NCBI GenBank assembly: GCA_963745035.1
Contig: CAVUVW010000017.1
Coordinates: 1-64,000 of the forward strand
Length of the DNA: 64,000 nt
Source of the DNA: an uncultured delta proteobacterium
GTDB taxonomy: Bacteria; Desulfobacterota; Binatia; UBA9968
Direction: 5' to 3'
The notes beneath the pieces were generated by a model. It made no database searches. It was not told the DNA's origin and saw nothing but the letters and a program-made list of their open reading frames with translations. Positions 51,456 through 61,930 of the stretch are shown in pieces. Made by a program: the position numbers and the translations under genes. Position 1 is the stretch's first letter; each line of letters begins with the position of its first letter.

Positions 51456-52496
51456 CTAAAGAATCAACATCGCGTCGCCGTAGCTGTAAAATCGGTATTT
51501 TTTTTCGATCGCTTCCCGATACGCGCGCCGCACCAGCTCCAGGCCCGCGAAGGCGGCGACGAGAATCAGCGGAGTGGATCCGGGCAGGTGAAAGTTCGTG
51601 ATCAGCGCGTCCAATACGCGGAACCGATCGCCGGGACGGAGATAAAGCCGCGCAATCCCCTCGTCGGCAACGACCTCGCCTCTTTGCCGCGCAATCCATT
51701 CCAACGCGCGCGTGCTTGTGGAGCCCACCGCCACCACTCGCCTTTTGGCCCGCTTGGCGCGCCGGATCTGCGCCGCGCTCTCGGCGCCGAGCGCGTAGCG
51801 CTCGCCTTCCATGCGATGATTTTCAATGGCCGCCGCGCGCACGGGTTGAAAGGTACCCGGCCCGACATGCAGGGTCAACAGCGCGCGCTCGATGCCTTTG
51901 CCGGAGAGTTTCGCAAGCAGCTCCGGGGTGAAATGAAAACCGGCCGTCGGCGCCGCGATCGCTCCGGCGTGGGCCGCGTAGATCGTTTGATAGCGCTCGC
52001 GGTCCAAAGATTCCGCCGCGCGCAGGCGCCGCACGTAGGGCGGCAGCGGCGGCTCGCCGAGTTTCTCGATCACCGCGTCGAAGTCGCCGTCGTGATGAAA
52101 CTCGAGGCCATACCGGCCGGCGCCGAGATCGCCGATCACCTCGGCGCGCAGCGCGTCGCCGAAGCTCAGCCAGCTTCCGACCGCCGGCTTCTTCGCGGCG
52201 TCGAGCAGTGCGATCCACAGAGTGCGCTTGACTTCGGTAAACGGCTCCAGCAGCAGCGCTTCGACCCGGCCGCCACTCGCTTTAATCCCCCGCAGCCGGG
52301 CCGGAAAGACCTTCGTATCGTTGAGCACCAAGAGATCGCCAGCATCGAGAAACTCGCCGAGCTCGGAAAACACGCTGTGAACGATCGCGCCGCTTTGCCG
52401 CCGCACAACGAGCAGCCGCGACTCATCGCGCGCGCGGCTGGGCACCGCCGCGATCAGCGATGGTGGCAGCTCGTAATTGAATTCTTCTAGGTTCAT
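51456..52496 (-). CDS. queA: S-adenosylmethionine:tRNA ribosyltransferase-isomerase
   Basis: FNYELP, NDTKVFPARL, PLPPY, AAPTAGFHFT, LHVGPGTF, TNFHLP, YRFYSYGDAM; real start MNLEE. Confidence 0.96.
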   Translation of the reverse strand: MNLEEFNYELPPSLIAAVPSRARDESRLLVVRRQSGAIVHSVFSELGEFLDAGDLLVLNDTKVFPARLRGIKASGGRVEALLLEPFTEVKRTLWIALLDAAKKPAVGSWLSFGDALRAEVIGDLGAGRYGLEFHHDGDFDAVIEKLGEPPLPPYVRRLRAAESLDRERYQTIYAAHAGAIAAPTAGFHFTPELLAKLSGKGIERALLTLHVGPGTFQPVRAAAIENHRMEGERYALGAESAAQIRRAKRAKRRVVAVGSTSTRALEWIARQRGEVVADEGIARLYLRPGDRFRVLDALITNFHLPGSTPLILVAAFAGLELVRRAYREAIEKKYRFYSYGDAMLIL

Positions 52497-52507
52497 GGCA
52501 AAAAAGG

Positions 52508-52535
52508 GTAGGGGCACGGCTTGCCGTGCCCCTAC
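52508..52535. repeat. GTAG-type REP palindrome / bidirectional terminator-like hairpin
   Basis: GTAGGGGCACGGC-TT-GCCGTGCCCCTAC perfect 13-bp stem flanked by A- and T-runs. Confidence 0.7.
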
Positions 52536-52588
52536 GTTTTTTTCTGACAGTGACCGCCGGAGAGAGACGAGTGAATTGGCCGCGCAGT

Positions 52589-53347
52589 CTACGTGGGGTT
52601 GTCTTTCTTGATAAACGGCGACAGCAAATCGATGGGCACCGGAAAGATCGTCGTCGAGTTCTTGTCGCCAGCGATTTCGACCAGGCTCTGCAGGAACCGC
52701 AGCTGCAAAGCCATCGGCTGCTTCCCGATAACTTCCGCCGCATCCGCGAGCTTTTGCGACGCTTGAAACTCGCCTTCGGCGTGAATGATTTTGGCGCGCC
52801 GCTCGCGCTCGGCTTCGGCCTGCTTCGCCATGGCGCGCTGCATCTCCTGCGGCAAATCGATGTGCTTCAGCTCGACCAACACGACTTTGATGCCCCAGGG
52901 ATCGGTCTGCTGATCGAGGATTTCCTGAATGCGGCTGTTGATTCGATCGCGCTCGGCCAACAGCTCGTCGAGCTCTGCCTGGCCGCACACGCTGCGCAGC
53001 GTCACTTGAGCGAGCTGCGAGGTGGCAAAGAGATAATTCTCGACTTCGAGCACCGCCCGGTTCGGCTCCAGCACGCGAAAATAGAGCACGGCGTTGACCT
53101 TTACCGACACGTTGTCGCGCGTGATCACGTCCTGCGGCGGTATATCCATCGTTACCGTGCGCAAGTCCATTTTGACCATTTTTTCGATGCCCGGAATGAT
53201 GTAGGTGATGCCTGGACCGCGCGATCCGACCATGCGCCCGAGACGAAACACCACCGCCCGTTCGTATTCTTTGAGAATCTTGACGCCGCTGATGATGATC
53301 GCCAGAACGATGATCAAAAACGTCAGAGGCACGCCCAGTCCGAACAT
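52589..53347 (-). CDS. SPFH/stomatin-like (slipin) protein
   Basis: [41 protein letters not shown]. Confidence 0.95.
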   Translation of the reverse strand: MFGLGVPLTFLIIVLAIIISGVKILKEYERAVVFRLGRMVGSRGPGITYIIPGIEKMVKMDLRTVTMDIPPQDVITRDNVSVKVNAVLYFRVLEPNRAVLEVENYLFATSQLAQVTLRSVCGQAELDELLAERDRINSRIQEILDQQTDPWGIKVVLVELKHIDLPQEMQRAMAKQAEAERERRAKIIHAEGEFQASQKLADAAEVIGKQPMALQLRFLQSLVEIAGDKNSTTIFPVPIDLLSPFIKKDNPT

Positions 53348-53362
53348 AAATCCCCTCCTCCC

Positions 53363-54679
53363 CTATCCTGCGGAACGATTTTGCGCCGGCGTCCGTTTTA
53401 CCCGGAGCATCATGCGGTCGACGCCAACCACTTCGACTTTTTCGCCGGCGTCGATTTCATCATTGGCCTCGGCCTTCCAGTATTCGCCGTGCACGAACAC
53501 GCTTCCCCGCGGCGCCAGCCTTTCGCGCACGACGCCGACTTCGCCGATCAGCCCCTCGATGCCGAGCGTGGGCTTGGCCCTTTGCGAGCGAAAGACCAAA
53601 TAGCTGACCGCCAGAACAAAGGAGCCGAGCGTAGCGACGGCGGTAAAAACAATCGAGCGATCCACGCCAAAATCGGAGGTCGGTGTGTCGAAGAGCAGCA
53701 GCGAGCCGAAGGCGAGCGAGATCATCCCGCCCACGCCCAACACGCCGAAGCTCGGGAAGAATGCCTCGCCGACCAAAAGCGCGACGCCGAGAATCATGAA
53801 CGCGAGGCCGGTGTAGTTGATCGGCAGGAGCTGCAGCGCGGCCGCCGCAAGCAGCAGGCAAATCGCCCCGGCCACGCCGGGGAAAATGGTCCCGGGATGG
53901 GAAAATTCCATGTACAAGCCGAGGATTCCGGCCATCATCAACAGATAGGCAATGTTCGGATCGGCGATGGCATTGAGCACTTTTTGCTTGAGGTTCATGT
54001 CGTGGCGCACGACTTGGACATTTTGCAGCGCAAGCTTCTGCTTGCCGCTTTGAATGTCCACTGTGCGGCCGTCTGCCTGTTTCAGGAGATCGTCGATGTT
54101 CCTGGCGATGATATCGACAACTTTTTTCTTCAATGCTTCCGTTTCAGTAATCGCCACGCTTTTGCGCACAGCCTCAATGGCCCATTCGGCATTTCGGCCG
54201 CGCTGTTGCGCGATGCTTTCGCTGAACGACGCCGTAAAATTCTCGATCTTCTCCCCCATCACGCCTTTGACTTCCTGACCTCCGCCCGCGACCGGATGAG
54301 CCGCGCCGATGTTGGTTCCCGGCGCCATCGCCGCGATATTGGCGGCCATGGTGATGAATACCCCGGCCGAGCCGGCCCCGGCTCCGCTGGGAGCCACATA
54401 AACCATGATGGGCACCGGCGTGCCGAGAAGATCTTTGACGATGGTGCGGGTGGAGCTCAAGAGCCCGCCTGGAGTGTCGAGCTGGATGATCAAGGCGCGG
54501 GCGCCGCTCGCTTTGGCCCGTCCGATGCTTTCACGAATAAAATCGTCCACCGCGGGGTTGATGCTGCCGTCGATGGTGATGAGATCGACGTGCGGCCCGG
54601 CCCCTTCTTGGGTCTGCGCCCACACTGATACCGCGGCGGCAAGCAGCGTTACGAAGAAGAAAATTCTAAGCGTTTTCAC
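53363..54679 (-). CDS. nfeD: NfeD (long form) membrane-bound serine protease
   Basis: LDTPGG, AGSAG, TNIGAAHPV; C-terminal OB fold VHGEYW. Confidence 0.93.
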   Translation of the reverse strand: MKTLRIFFFVTLLAAAVSVWAQTQEGAGPHVDLITIDGSINPAVDDFIRESIGRAKASGARALIIQLDTPGGLLSSTRTIVKDLLGTPVPIMVYVAPSGAGAGSAGVFITMAANIAAMAPGTNIGAAHPVAGGGQEVKGVMGEKIENFTASFSESIAQQRGRNAEWAIEAVRKSVAITETEALKKKVVDIIARNIDDLLKQADGRTVDIQSGKQKLALQNVQVVRHDMNLKQKVLNAIADPNIAYLLMMAGILGLYMEFSHPGTIFPGVAGAICLLLAAAALQLLPINYTGLAFMILGVALLVGEAFFPSFGVLGVGGMISLAFGSLLLFDTPTSDFGVDRSIVFTAVATLGSFVLAVSYLVFRSQRAKPTLGIEGLIGEVGVVRERLAPRGSVFVHGEYWKAEANDEIDAGEKVEVVGVDRMMLRVKRTPAQNRSAG

Positions 54680-55430
54680 CGCGCAGCTCTTTAATGACTT
54701 TCTTGATATCTTCCCAGACCAACTTTTTGTCCGCCGGATTGCGCAGCAGATACGCCGGATGAAAGGTCGGCATCAGTTTGATCCCGTGATACTGATGCCA
54801 AGTGCCACGGACCTTGGTGATAGGAACCTTGTTTTGCAGCAACGTCTGCACCGCAAACTTGCCTAAACCTACGATGACCTCCGGACGGATCAAATCAATC
54901 TGTTTCTTGAGAAACGGCTCGCAGGCCGCGACTTCGTCCGGTTCGGGATTGCGATTCTCGGGGGGGCGGCATTTGACCACATTGGCGATGTAGACATCCT
55001 CACGTTTGAGTCCCATGCCTTTGGTGATGATGTCGTTCAGCAGTTGGCCGGCGCGACCGACGAACGGCTCGCCTTGAATGTCTTCGTCCCGGCCAGGTCC
55101 CTCGCCGACAAACATCAGCCGCGCTTTCGGATTGCCGACGCCAAAGACGATGTGGGTTCGTCCGGCGCAAAGCTTACACAGTCGGCAATCGCCGATCTGG
55201 GCGCGCAGCTCTTCGAGAGTTTTGGCGCCAAGCGCCGGCGACGGTTCGGAGAACAGATCACCTTCTGTGCGCTTCGGAGCCTTCTCTTCGCCGCCAATCA
55301 CGGGCATCGTGCGTTTGTTCGGCATTTCGTTCGGCAGGGTGCGAATCCCCGCCCGCTGGCGCCTCTCGAGATGGCGCCGCAATGACGTAACCAACGAGTC
55401 GATCTCTCGCGTTTGGCTGTCTTCGGACAC
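54666..55430 (-). CDS. udg: Uracil-DNA glycosylase family 4
   Basis: C..C.L, GEGPG, PFVGRAG, NVVKCRPP, TFHPAYLLR. Confidence 0.93.
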   Translation of the reverse strand: MSEDSQTREIDSLVTSLRRHLERRQRAGIRTLPNEMPNKRTMPVIGGEEKAPKRTEGDLFSEPSPALGAKTLEELRAQIGDCRLCKLCAGRTHIVFGVGNPKARLMFVGEGPGRDEDIQGEPFVGRAGQLLNDIITKGMGLKREDVYIANVVKCRPPENRNPEPDEVAACEPFLKKQIDLIRPEVIVGLGKFAVQTLLQNKVPITKVRGTWHQYHGIKLMPTFHPAYLLRNPADKKLVWEDIKKVIKELRGENA

Positions 55431-55507
55431 GGCGCGGCAACCCCCTCTCCCCGCGGATCTTAGCACCGGAGAGTTGACCGTAGCAATAACGCGCGCGAGT
55501 AATCAGG

Positions 55508-56041
55508 TCAGGCAGGCTCCCGCAGTTGAGCGAGATAACGCAGCCGCAATGCGGCGAAGAACGACAGCGTTTGCGGCAACAGATAATCGAGGTAGGTGTA
55601 CTCCAAGCCGTGAAAGCCGGCGTCGTGGTACAGCAGCGTGGCTTCGGCGTAGATGCCTTCGCTTAAGTAAATTCTCTGGCCGGCATTTTTCGTGGATGCG
55701 AGCACGACCTTGTAAGCGTCGAGGTAACCGGGATCGAGATTGATGCGCCGGCCGCCCGCCGCGTGGCGATGCTTGTCCTCGATGCGTTGAGTTTGGCTCT
55801 TGATCGCGGCCAGATTCCCGGGCGATCGCAGCGCCGCGAAGGAAACGAAGCGGCGCAGCAGTCCCGCGCCCATCTCTTGGGCGTAGAAGCTCGAAAACGT
55901 CCAAGAGAAAACGCCGCTTCGCATGTCGACTTCGCCGAGCGCCGCCGCGAGGTCGCTTTCCACCGAGGTCAGAAGCTGGTCGTCCGATGAGAGCAGCGCG
56001 GCAAAATACTTCGCCGGCTTGGGCTCTCGCGCCGTTCCCAT
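55508..56041 (-). CDS. DUF4416 family protein
   Basis: FYAQEMG, RRINLDPGY, VLASTK, RIYLSEGIYAE. Confidence 0.85.
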   Translation of the reverse strand: MGTAREPKPAKYFAALLSSDDQLLTSVESDLAAALGEVDMRSGVFSWTFSSFYAQEMGAGLLRRFVSFAALRSPGNLAAIKSQTQRIEDKHRHAAGGRRINLDPGYLDAYKVVLASTKNAGQRIYLSEGIYAEATLLYHDAGFHGLEYTYLDYLLPQTLSFFAALRLRYLAQLREPA

Positions 56042-56043
56042 AG

Positions 56044-57249
56044 TCAGCGCGGGCTCTTGAGGGCGAGAAGATGATCGTAGATTCGATCGGCGAGCTCGTC
56101 TTTGCTCATCAGCGGGAGCGAGCGAACCGCGCCGGCGCGATCGACGATGGTGGCGATATTGGTGTCGCCGTCGAAGCCGCTCCCGGCTTCGACGACGTTA
56201 TTGGCGATCACCATATCGAGATTTTTTTCGCGCAGCTTTTTCTGCGCGTTGGCCGCCAGCTCTTCGGTTTCCGCTGCGAAGCCGACGAGCCACTTACCGT
56301 TTTTGTTGGCGCCGAGCTCTTTGAGAATATCCGGATTGGGCTCCAGGCGCAGCTCGAGCGGACCCGTGCCGCGCTTGATCTTTTTCTCGGAGACCGACGC
56401 CACGCGATAATCCGAAACCGCCGCCGCCATAATGACCGCGGTGGATTGACCGTACTCCCGCAGAACGGCGTCGCGCATCTCCGCCGCGGTGGTCACCGGG
56501 ATCAGTCGCGCGCCGGCGGGCGCTGTAAGCCCGGTCGGACCGCTCACCAGCGCCACTTCCGCGCCGCGGCGCAGCGCCGCGCTCGCCAAGGCGTAGCCCA
56601 TCTTTCCCGACGAGCGATTGGAAAGATAGCGCACCGGATCGAGCGGTTCCCGATTGGGCCCGGCGGTGATCAGCAGCCGCTCGCCGGCAAGATCTTTCGT
56701 TCCGAGTAAACGCTCTACCTCTGCGGCGATCTTCTCGGGTTCCGGCAGGCGCCCTTTGCCCTCGTAACCGCAAGCCAGATATCCCTCGGCCGGCTCCAAA
56801 ATGTGATAGCCGACGCGCCGAAGCTTGCGGAGATTTTCCTGCAGGATCGGATTTTCGTACATGTGGATGTTCATCGCGGGCGCGACCAACACCGGGGCTT
56901 GGGTAGCCATCAAAACCGTGGTCAGCAAGTCGTCGGCGATGCCGCCGGCAATTTTGCCGATCACGTTGGCCGTGGCCGGCGCGATCACAAAAGCATCGGC
57001 GCTGTCGGCTAGGTTGATATGACCGATCTGCGACTCCTGGGTGAGATCGAAGGTTTCGGTGGCGACGGGATTACCGGACAATGTTTGAAACGTCAGCGGG
57101 GTCACAAACTCCAGCGCGCCCCGGGTCATAATCACCTGGACGTGGAATCCGCCGTTCACCAGCAACCTCACCAGCTCGACCGCTTTGTAGCAGGCGATTC
57201 CACCGGTCACGCCGATGACGACCATGCGCCCCTTTGCCAAGTTCGCCAC
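56044..57249 (-). CDS. coaBC: Bifunctional phosphopantothenoylcysteine decarboxylase/synthetase
   Basis: GVTGGIACYK, APATAN, APAMN, DPVRYLSNRSSGKMG, AAAVSDY, VGFAAET. Confidence 0.97.
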   Translation of the reverse strand: MANLAKGRMVVIGVTGGIACYKAVELVRLLVNGGFHVQVIMTRGALEFVTPLTFQTLSGNPVATETFDLTQESQIGHINLADSADAFVIAPATANVIGKIAGGIADDLLTTVLMATQAPVLVAPAMNIHMYENPILQENLRKLRRVGYHILEPAEGYLACGYEGKGRLPEPEKIAAEVERLLGTKDLAGERLLITAGPNREPLDPVRYLSNRSSGKMGYALASAALRRGAEVALVSGPTGLTAPAGARLIPVTTAAEMRDAVLREYGQSTAVIMAAAVSDYRVASVSEKKIKRGTGPLELRLEPNPDILKELGANKNGKWLVGFAAETEELAANAQKKLREKNLDMVIANNVVEAGSGFDGDTNIATIVDRAGAVRSLPLMSKDELADRIYDHLLALKSPR

Positions 57250-57523
57250 GACTCAAAAATAGCCGATCCGATACCGGCGTGCAACTTTAGTTTACATGGC
57301 GTGACGACTCTGTCGGCGCGTTGATATCAATGCGAATATTTATCGCCGCCCGTCGACGATTCGCCTGATGAAATACCATCAAAGAGGCCAAATGCCGAAG
57401 AACTGCCAACCTTAGAACGCGAGAGTGCAGCTTTCGCTCATGGCATAATTCTGGCTTGCGATTCCCGAAGACGCCTGAAAGCACTACAGGCTTGACCGGT
57501 TCGGACGGTTCATGTAATTCACA

Positions 57524-58372
57524 ATGAAGGAGACAGGGATGAATAGAAACCACCGGCAATGGATTCGACGAGTGATTGCAGCCGGGATCTTTGCCTTAGT
57601 GTTCAATGTATTGCCGACAGCAACGCGCGCGCGCGCGGCCAGCGAACTCAGTGGCCTCGACGCGCAGCAGCGGCTCACCGCTCTTGACCAATCCCACCTG
57701 GAGCCAGGCGTGTCGCCAGCCATGACCGATGCAGCGCCGTTCGCCCAGAGTGCTCCAGGGGAAGATTTTGACGAGGATCCCTGGGAGGGTTTCAACGAGA
57801 ACATGTTTTCGTTTAACCGCGAGGTCGTCGATCGCTTTGTGCTGAAACCGCTCGCCACCGGTTGGGATTTCGTATTTCCGGACCCGGTGCAACGGGGCGT
57901 GCACAATTTTTTTGATAATCTCTCCGTGGTCCGGCGCGTGGTCAACAACACCCTGCAACTTAAACTTACCGGCGCTGCCACCGAGCTTGCGCGCTTTACC
58001 ATCAACAGCACGATCGGTCTCGTCGGCTTCTTTGACGTCGCGAAAGACACTTTCGGCATCGAACAAAGAGACGAAGACACGGGCCAGACCTTCGGCGTCT
58101 GGGGCATGGGGCCGGGCCCTTATCTCGTGCTGCCGCTCTTACCGCCGCTTACCGTTCGAGATGGCGTCGGCTACGCGTTCGACATCGCGATGACTCCCTA
58201 TACCTATTTCATTCCGTGGTGGGCCAGCGTCGCCGGTACAGCGACCAGTACCGTCAATGAACGGTCGCTCAATCTGGATCGTTTCGAGCGCGTCGCCGAA
58301 TCGACGGTCGATCTGTACGGTGCCGTGCGCAATGGCTATCTGCAAAGGCGCGCCGCCGCGATTAAACAGTAA
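57524..58372 (+). CDS. mlaA: VacJ/MlaA family protein
   Basis: DPWEGFN, RFTINSTIG, EDTGQTFGVWG, GPYLVLP. Confidence 0.9.
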   Translation: MKETGMNRNHRQWIRRVIAAGIFALVFNVLPTATRARAASELSGLDAQQRLTALDQSHLEPGVSPAMTDAAPFAQSAPGEDFDEDPWEGFNENMFSFNREVVDRFVLKPLATGWDFVFPDPVQRGVHNFFDNLSVVRRVVNNTLQLKLTGAATELARFTINSTIGLVGFFDVAKDTFGIEQRDEDTGQTFGVWGMGPGPYLVLPLLPPLTVRDGVGYAFDIAMTPYTYFIPWWASVAGTATSTVNERSLNLDRFERVAESTVDLYGAVRNGYLQRRAAAIKQ

Positions 58373-58398
58373 ACTAATTTTATTGAGATCCCTTCACT

Positions 58399-58441
58399 CA
58401 ACGCGGAAGATCGCAATTAGCGGTCTTCCGCGTTGTTTTTT
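58399..58441 (+). terminator. Rho-independent terminator
   Basis: CAACGCGGAAGATCGC...GCGGTCTTCCGCGTTG followed by TTTTTT. Confidence 0.8.
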
Positions 58442-58584
58442 CATAAGGAGCAGCACCACTTTTTCGCAGGCCGCTAAGCCTCTTCGCTATTGACAAGCAG
58501 TGAGCCGTTCATTATGAAATAAAATCGTCCCTTCTACCGCAATTTCCGATGTCCAATCGAGACTAGGGAGCCCCAAGGAAAAAG

Positions 58585-58944
58585 ATGCCACGGACAAAGA
58601 AAAAAAGCGCCGGTCGCGCCGCCAAGGACCGCTCTCACGACTACATCGATGACGGCAGTCACGATGAATCGGAAGACGAGGATCTTCCAAGTGACGAAGC
58701 CGGGCGGCGCAAGATAAAAAAGAACTATGAGGAACTCCTCGGCATCCGAATCGATAAACTCAGGGGCCGCGTGCTCAATCGGGAGAAAATCAATAAGAGC
58801 ATCGACGGCCTCTATTTTATCTGCCACGAGTGCCGAAAAATCTGCCACAACCTTGACGATGGCTGGATGGAAGAAGCCGTCACGCTGAACAATTATTGTG
58901 GTGCCTGCGCCAAGGCGAAAGGGATACGCAGCAGCGCCGCTTAA
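58585..58944 (+). CDS. Small C4 zinc-finger protein, DksA/TraR-like
   Basis: IDGLYFICHECRKI...NYCGACA resembles DksA I.EG.YG.C..C...LC..C. Confidence 0.6.
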   Translation: MPRTKKKSAGRAAKDRSHDYIDDGSHDESEDEDLPSDEAGRRKIKKNYEELLGIRIDKLRGRVLNREKINKSIDGLYFICHECRKICHNLDDGWMEEAVTLNNYCGACAKAKGIRSSAA

Positions 58945-59886
58945 ACCTTCACCTTCAGCCGCTTGAGCAGCTCGGCAAGCTCGGCGGGCAACTCCGCTTC
59001 AGCCGTCAACACCCCACCATCATCCGGACCAACGATAGTCAAACTGCGCGCATGCAAGAAGTGCCGCCGCAGGCCGAAATTTTCTGCTTGCTCGTCTCCG
59101 TAGAGCTTGTCACCGACGATCGGATGTCCGATGGCCGCTAGATGAACCCGGATCTGATGGGTCACGCCGGTTTCCATATCGACTTCGAGCAAACTCAAGC
59201 CGCGGCATTTGCCGATGCGGCGATATTGGGTGACCGCTCTCCAGATTCGTGTCTTTGCCCGGGATGGTCGAATCAACGTGCGCATGCGCCGGCTGTCGTG
59301 CGTATCATGCGACAGCGGCACATCAATCGTGCCTTGCTCTGGCGAGACGCCCCAGACCAAAGCCCAATAAATTTTTTTAATTCGCCGGCGGCGAAATTGT
59401 GAGCGAAGATATTCGAAAGCCGCCTGCGTCTTCGCGATCACGACAAGGCCTGACGTCTCTCGATCCAGTCGATGGACCAATCCCGGTTCCCACCTGCTCT
59501 TGCCGACCTCTGCGAGCTGCGGCCGATGCGGCGAGAAGAAAATTGGCGAGCGTCGCCTCGTCACGCGCGGAAAAGCCATGGGTGGGCATCCCTGCCGGTT
59601 TGTTCACGATCAAGATCGAGCCATCCTCGTAAACAATCTCAACATCGAGGTCGCTATCGGGTGGCGGACTCGCGGCTAACCAGATTTCGGGACCCTGAAA
59701 AACCAACTCATCGCCGGCTGATAAAAGGTCACCCTTCCGCTTGAGTTTTCCGCCGGCCAAAAATACTCCATCACGAATGGCGACCTCGATCTCACGGCGC
59801 GACAAATGCGGTAGACACCGGCGCGCAAAGGCGTCGAGACGAATCTGCTCGTGCCCCGCGGGTAGCATCCACGATCTTGTCGCCAT
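58941..59886 (-). CDS. RluA/RluD family pseudouridine synthase (frameshift at ~59531)
   Basis: S4-like RLD, VNKPAG, VHRLDRETSG, TGVTHQIRVHL, HPIVGD.LYG, FLHA. Confidence 0.9.
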
Positions 59887-59955
59887 GTGCTTCGCTTGAA
59901 CCGCCATACCGCCTACCGTACTATAACTCGCGATCTCCGCAACCAAGGACAACGG

Positions 59956-61069
59956 ATGCCGACAACGTGTTTCAGCGTGATCATCGCCGGCGGCAAGGGC
60001 ACGCGCTTTTGGCCGCTCAGCCGCGCCCGCAGGCCCAAACAACTTCTCAAGATCATCGAGCCCAAAGAGCTTGATCGCCGCGACCGTCGAGCGCATAGAT
60101 TTTCTGAGCGGCTCGCGTCAAACGCTGGTCGTCACCGTCGCGGACCAGCTCGACCTGATTCGGCGCGAATTGAAAAGCCTGCCGAAAACCAGTTTCCTCG
60201 CCGAGCCCCAGGGCAGGAACACCGCCCCCTGTATCGGCCTGGCGGCCCTCGAAGTGGTCCGGCGCGAGCCCGAAGCGATCATGATCGTTCTTCCCGCCGA
60301 TCACTGGGTTGGCGACTCCGCGGCGTTTCGCCGCACCATTAATGCAGCCGTGCGCCTGGCAAAGCGGCACGATCAATTGATCACTATCGGCATCCGACCG
60401 GCGTATCCGGAAACCGGCTATGGCTATATCATCCGGGGCAAGGCGCTCGTGGACGGAAACTCCGCGCGCCCGTTTGTCGTAAGCCGCTTTACCGAAAAGC
60501 CGTCGCTGCCGGCGGCGCGCCGGCTGTTGCGCCGGCGCGCACTCTGGAACAGCGGCATTTTTGTCTGGAAGGCCGCCACCGTGCTCGATCTCCTGGCGCG
60601 CTACCAGCCGGCGATCGCGGCGGGATTAGCATCGATCAAACGCGCCGCGGCCGGAAAGTCCCTGGCCAATCCCGCTCCCGAACTCCGCGCGCTCATCGCG
60701 CGCGCGTACAAAAATATGCCGAATCTCTCAATCGACTACGCCGTGATGGAAAAAGCCGGCTCCGAGAATCGGGTTCTAACGCTGGAGGCCGATTTTGGCT
60801 GGAGCGACGTTGGAAGCTGGGCGACGGTGCATCGGATGATGCAAAAAGACAGGAGCGGCAACGCCGGTCAAGGACGATGGTTGGGGATCCACACGAAGAA
60901 CAGCCTGATCCATGCGACGGATCGTCTGGTGGTGCTGCTCGGCATGGAAAACGCCCTCGTCGTCGACACACCGGACGCTTTGCTCGTCGGCGATCTGCGC
61001 CGATCCCAGGAGGTCCGCGACGTCGTCGACGAGCTCAACCGCAAGGGCTTGACCAGGTACACCGCCTGA
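59956..61069 (+). CDS. manC: Mannose-1-phosphate guanylyltransferase (frameshift at ~60065)
   Basis: IAGGKGTRFWPLSR..PKQ, EPQGRNTAP, PADH, ETGYGYI, WNSGIF, SIDYAVME, WSDVGSW. Confidence 0.92.
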
Positions 61070-61090
61070 TTCCCACGAGCGCCGACCACA

Positions 61091-61912
61091 GTGAATGCGC
61101 GCTATCCCAAAGGACCGCTGCGAGCTGATGAGGCGGTCGTGTTTCTCGACCGCAAAGACCGCGAGTATCTCGCCCGACTAGATCAGCGGCGCGCCATTTC
61201 AATCCGCGGCGGCAAGATTGCCGTAGACGACGTAATAGGACGGGAAGAGGGAAGCGTGGTGCGCTCCTCCCTCAACGAGCCCTTCCTGATGTTTCGTCCG
61301 AGCTTACCGCAGCTCATTCCCAATCTGCCGCGCAGCGCCCAAGTGATTTATCCAAAAGATATCGGGCCGATTTTACTTTGGGCGGATCTCTTTCCGGGCG
61401 CTCGCGTCGTGGAAGCCGGCGTGGGCGCCGGCGCGTTGAGCATAGCGCTGCTACGCGCCATCGGCGACCAGGGCGAGCTCATCTCTTACGAGATCCGCGA
61501 AGACTTCGCCGAGCTGGCGCAAAAAAACGTCGCGCGCTACTTCGGCCCGGCGCCGAACTGGACTGTGAAACTCGGCGACGTCGCGAGCGCGCTTGCCGAA
61601 GCGGCGGTCGACCGCGTCATCCTCGATCTCCCCGAGCCATGGCAGGTCATCGAACGGGTTTGGGGCGCGCTCAGTCCGGGCGGCGTCTTGCTCTGCTATC
61701 TGCCCACGGTGCTGCAAGTGAAAAGTCTGATCGACGCGTTGCGCGTCGACAAACGCTTCGCGTGCATCGAGACGTCGGAAAACTTGATGCGCTTCTGGCA
61801 CTTCAAAGGCATGAGCGCGCGTCCCCAGCACCGCATGGTCGCGCACACCGGCTTTATCACTTCCGCGCGGCGCTTGGCCGACGGCGAAAAAGACATTGCC
61901 CGAGTCCCGTGA
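61091..61912 (+). CDS. trmI: tRNA (adenine-N1)-methyltransferase, TrmI/GCD14 family
   Basis: PRSAQVIYPKD, VEAGVGAGAL, LDLPEPW, RPQHRMVAHTGF. Confidence 0.9.
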   Translation: MNARYPKGPLRADEAVVFLDRKDREYLARLDQRRAISIRGGKIAVDDVIGREEGSVVRSSLNEPFLMFRPSLPQLIPNLPRSAQVIYPKDIGPILLWADLFPGARVVEAGVGAGALSIALLRAIGDQGELISYEIREDFAELAQKNVARYFGPAPNWTVKLGDVASALAEAAVDRVILDLPEPWQVIERVWGALSPGGVLLCYLPTVLQVKSLIDALRVDKRFACIETSENLMRFWHFKGMSARPQHRMVAHTGFITSARRLADGEKDIARVP

Positions 61913-61930
61913 TCAGGTTAAGGCGACTTC

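Noticed and set aside
44786-52496. queA-tgt-yajC-secDF-recJ-yhhQ cluster as a novel DNA deazaguanine system
   Set aside because: The Tgt is the canonical tRNA enzyme in well-known synteny; no dpd genes are present.
45161-54628. Long plus-strand ORFs (e.g. 48292-49965, 52526-54628, 50273-51292)
   Set aside because: Antisense shadows of GC-rich housekeeping genes, with no recognisable motifs.
43500-60070. Programmed ribosomal frameshifting in recJ, tgt, manC, rluA and APC
   Set aside because: No slippery heptamers or stimulatory structures; these families are not known to frameshift; the pattern fits sequencing error.
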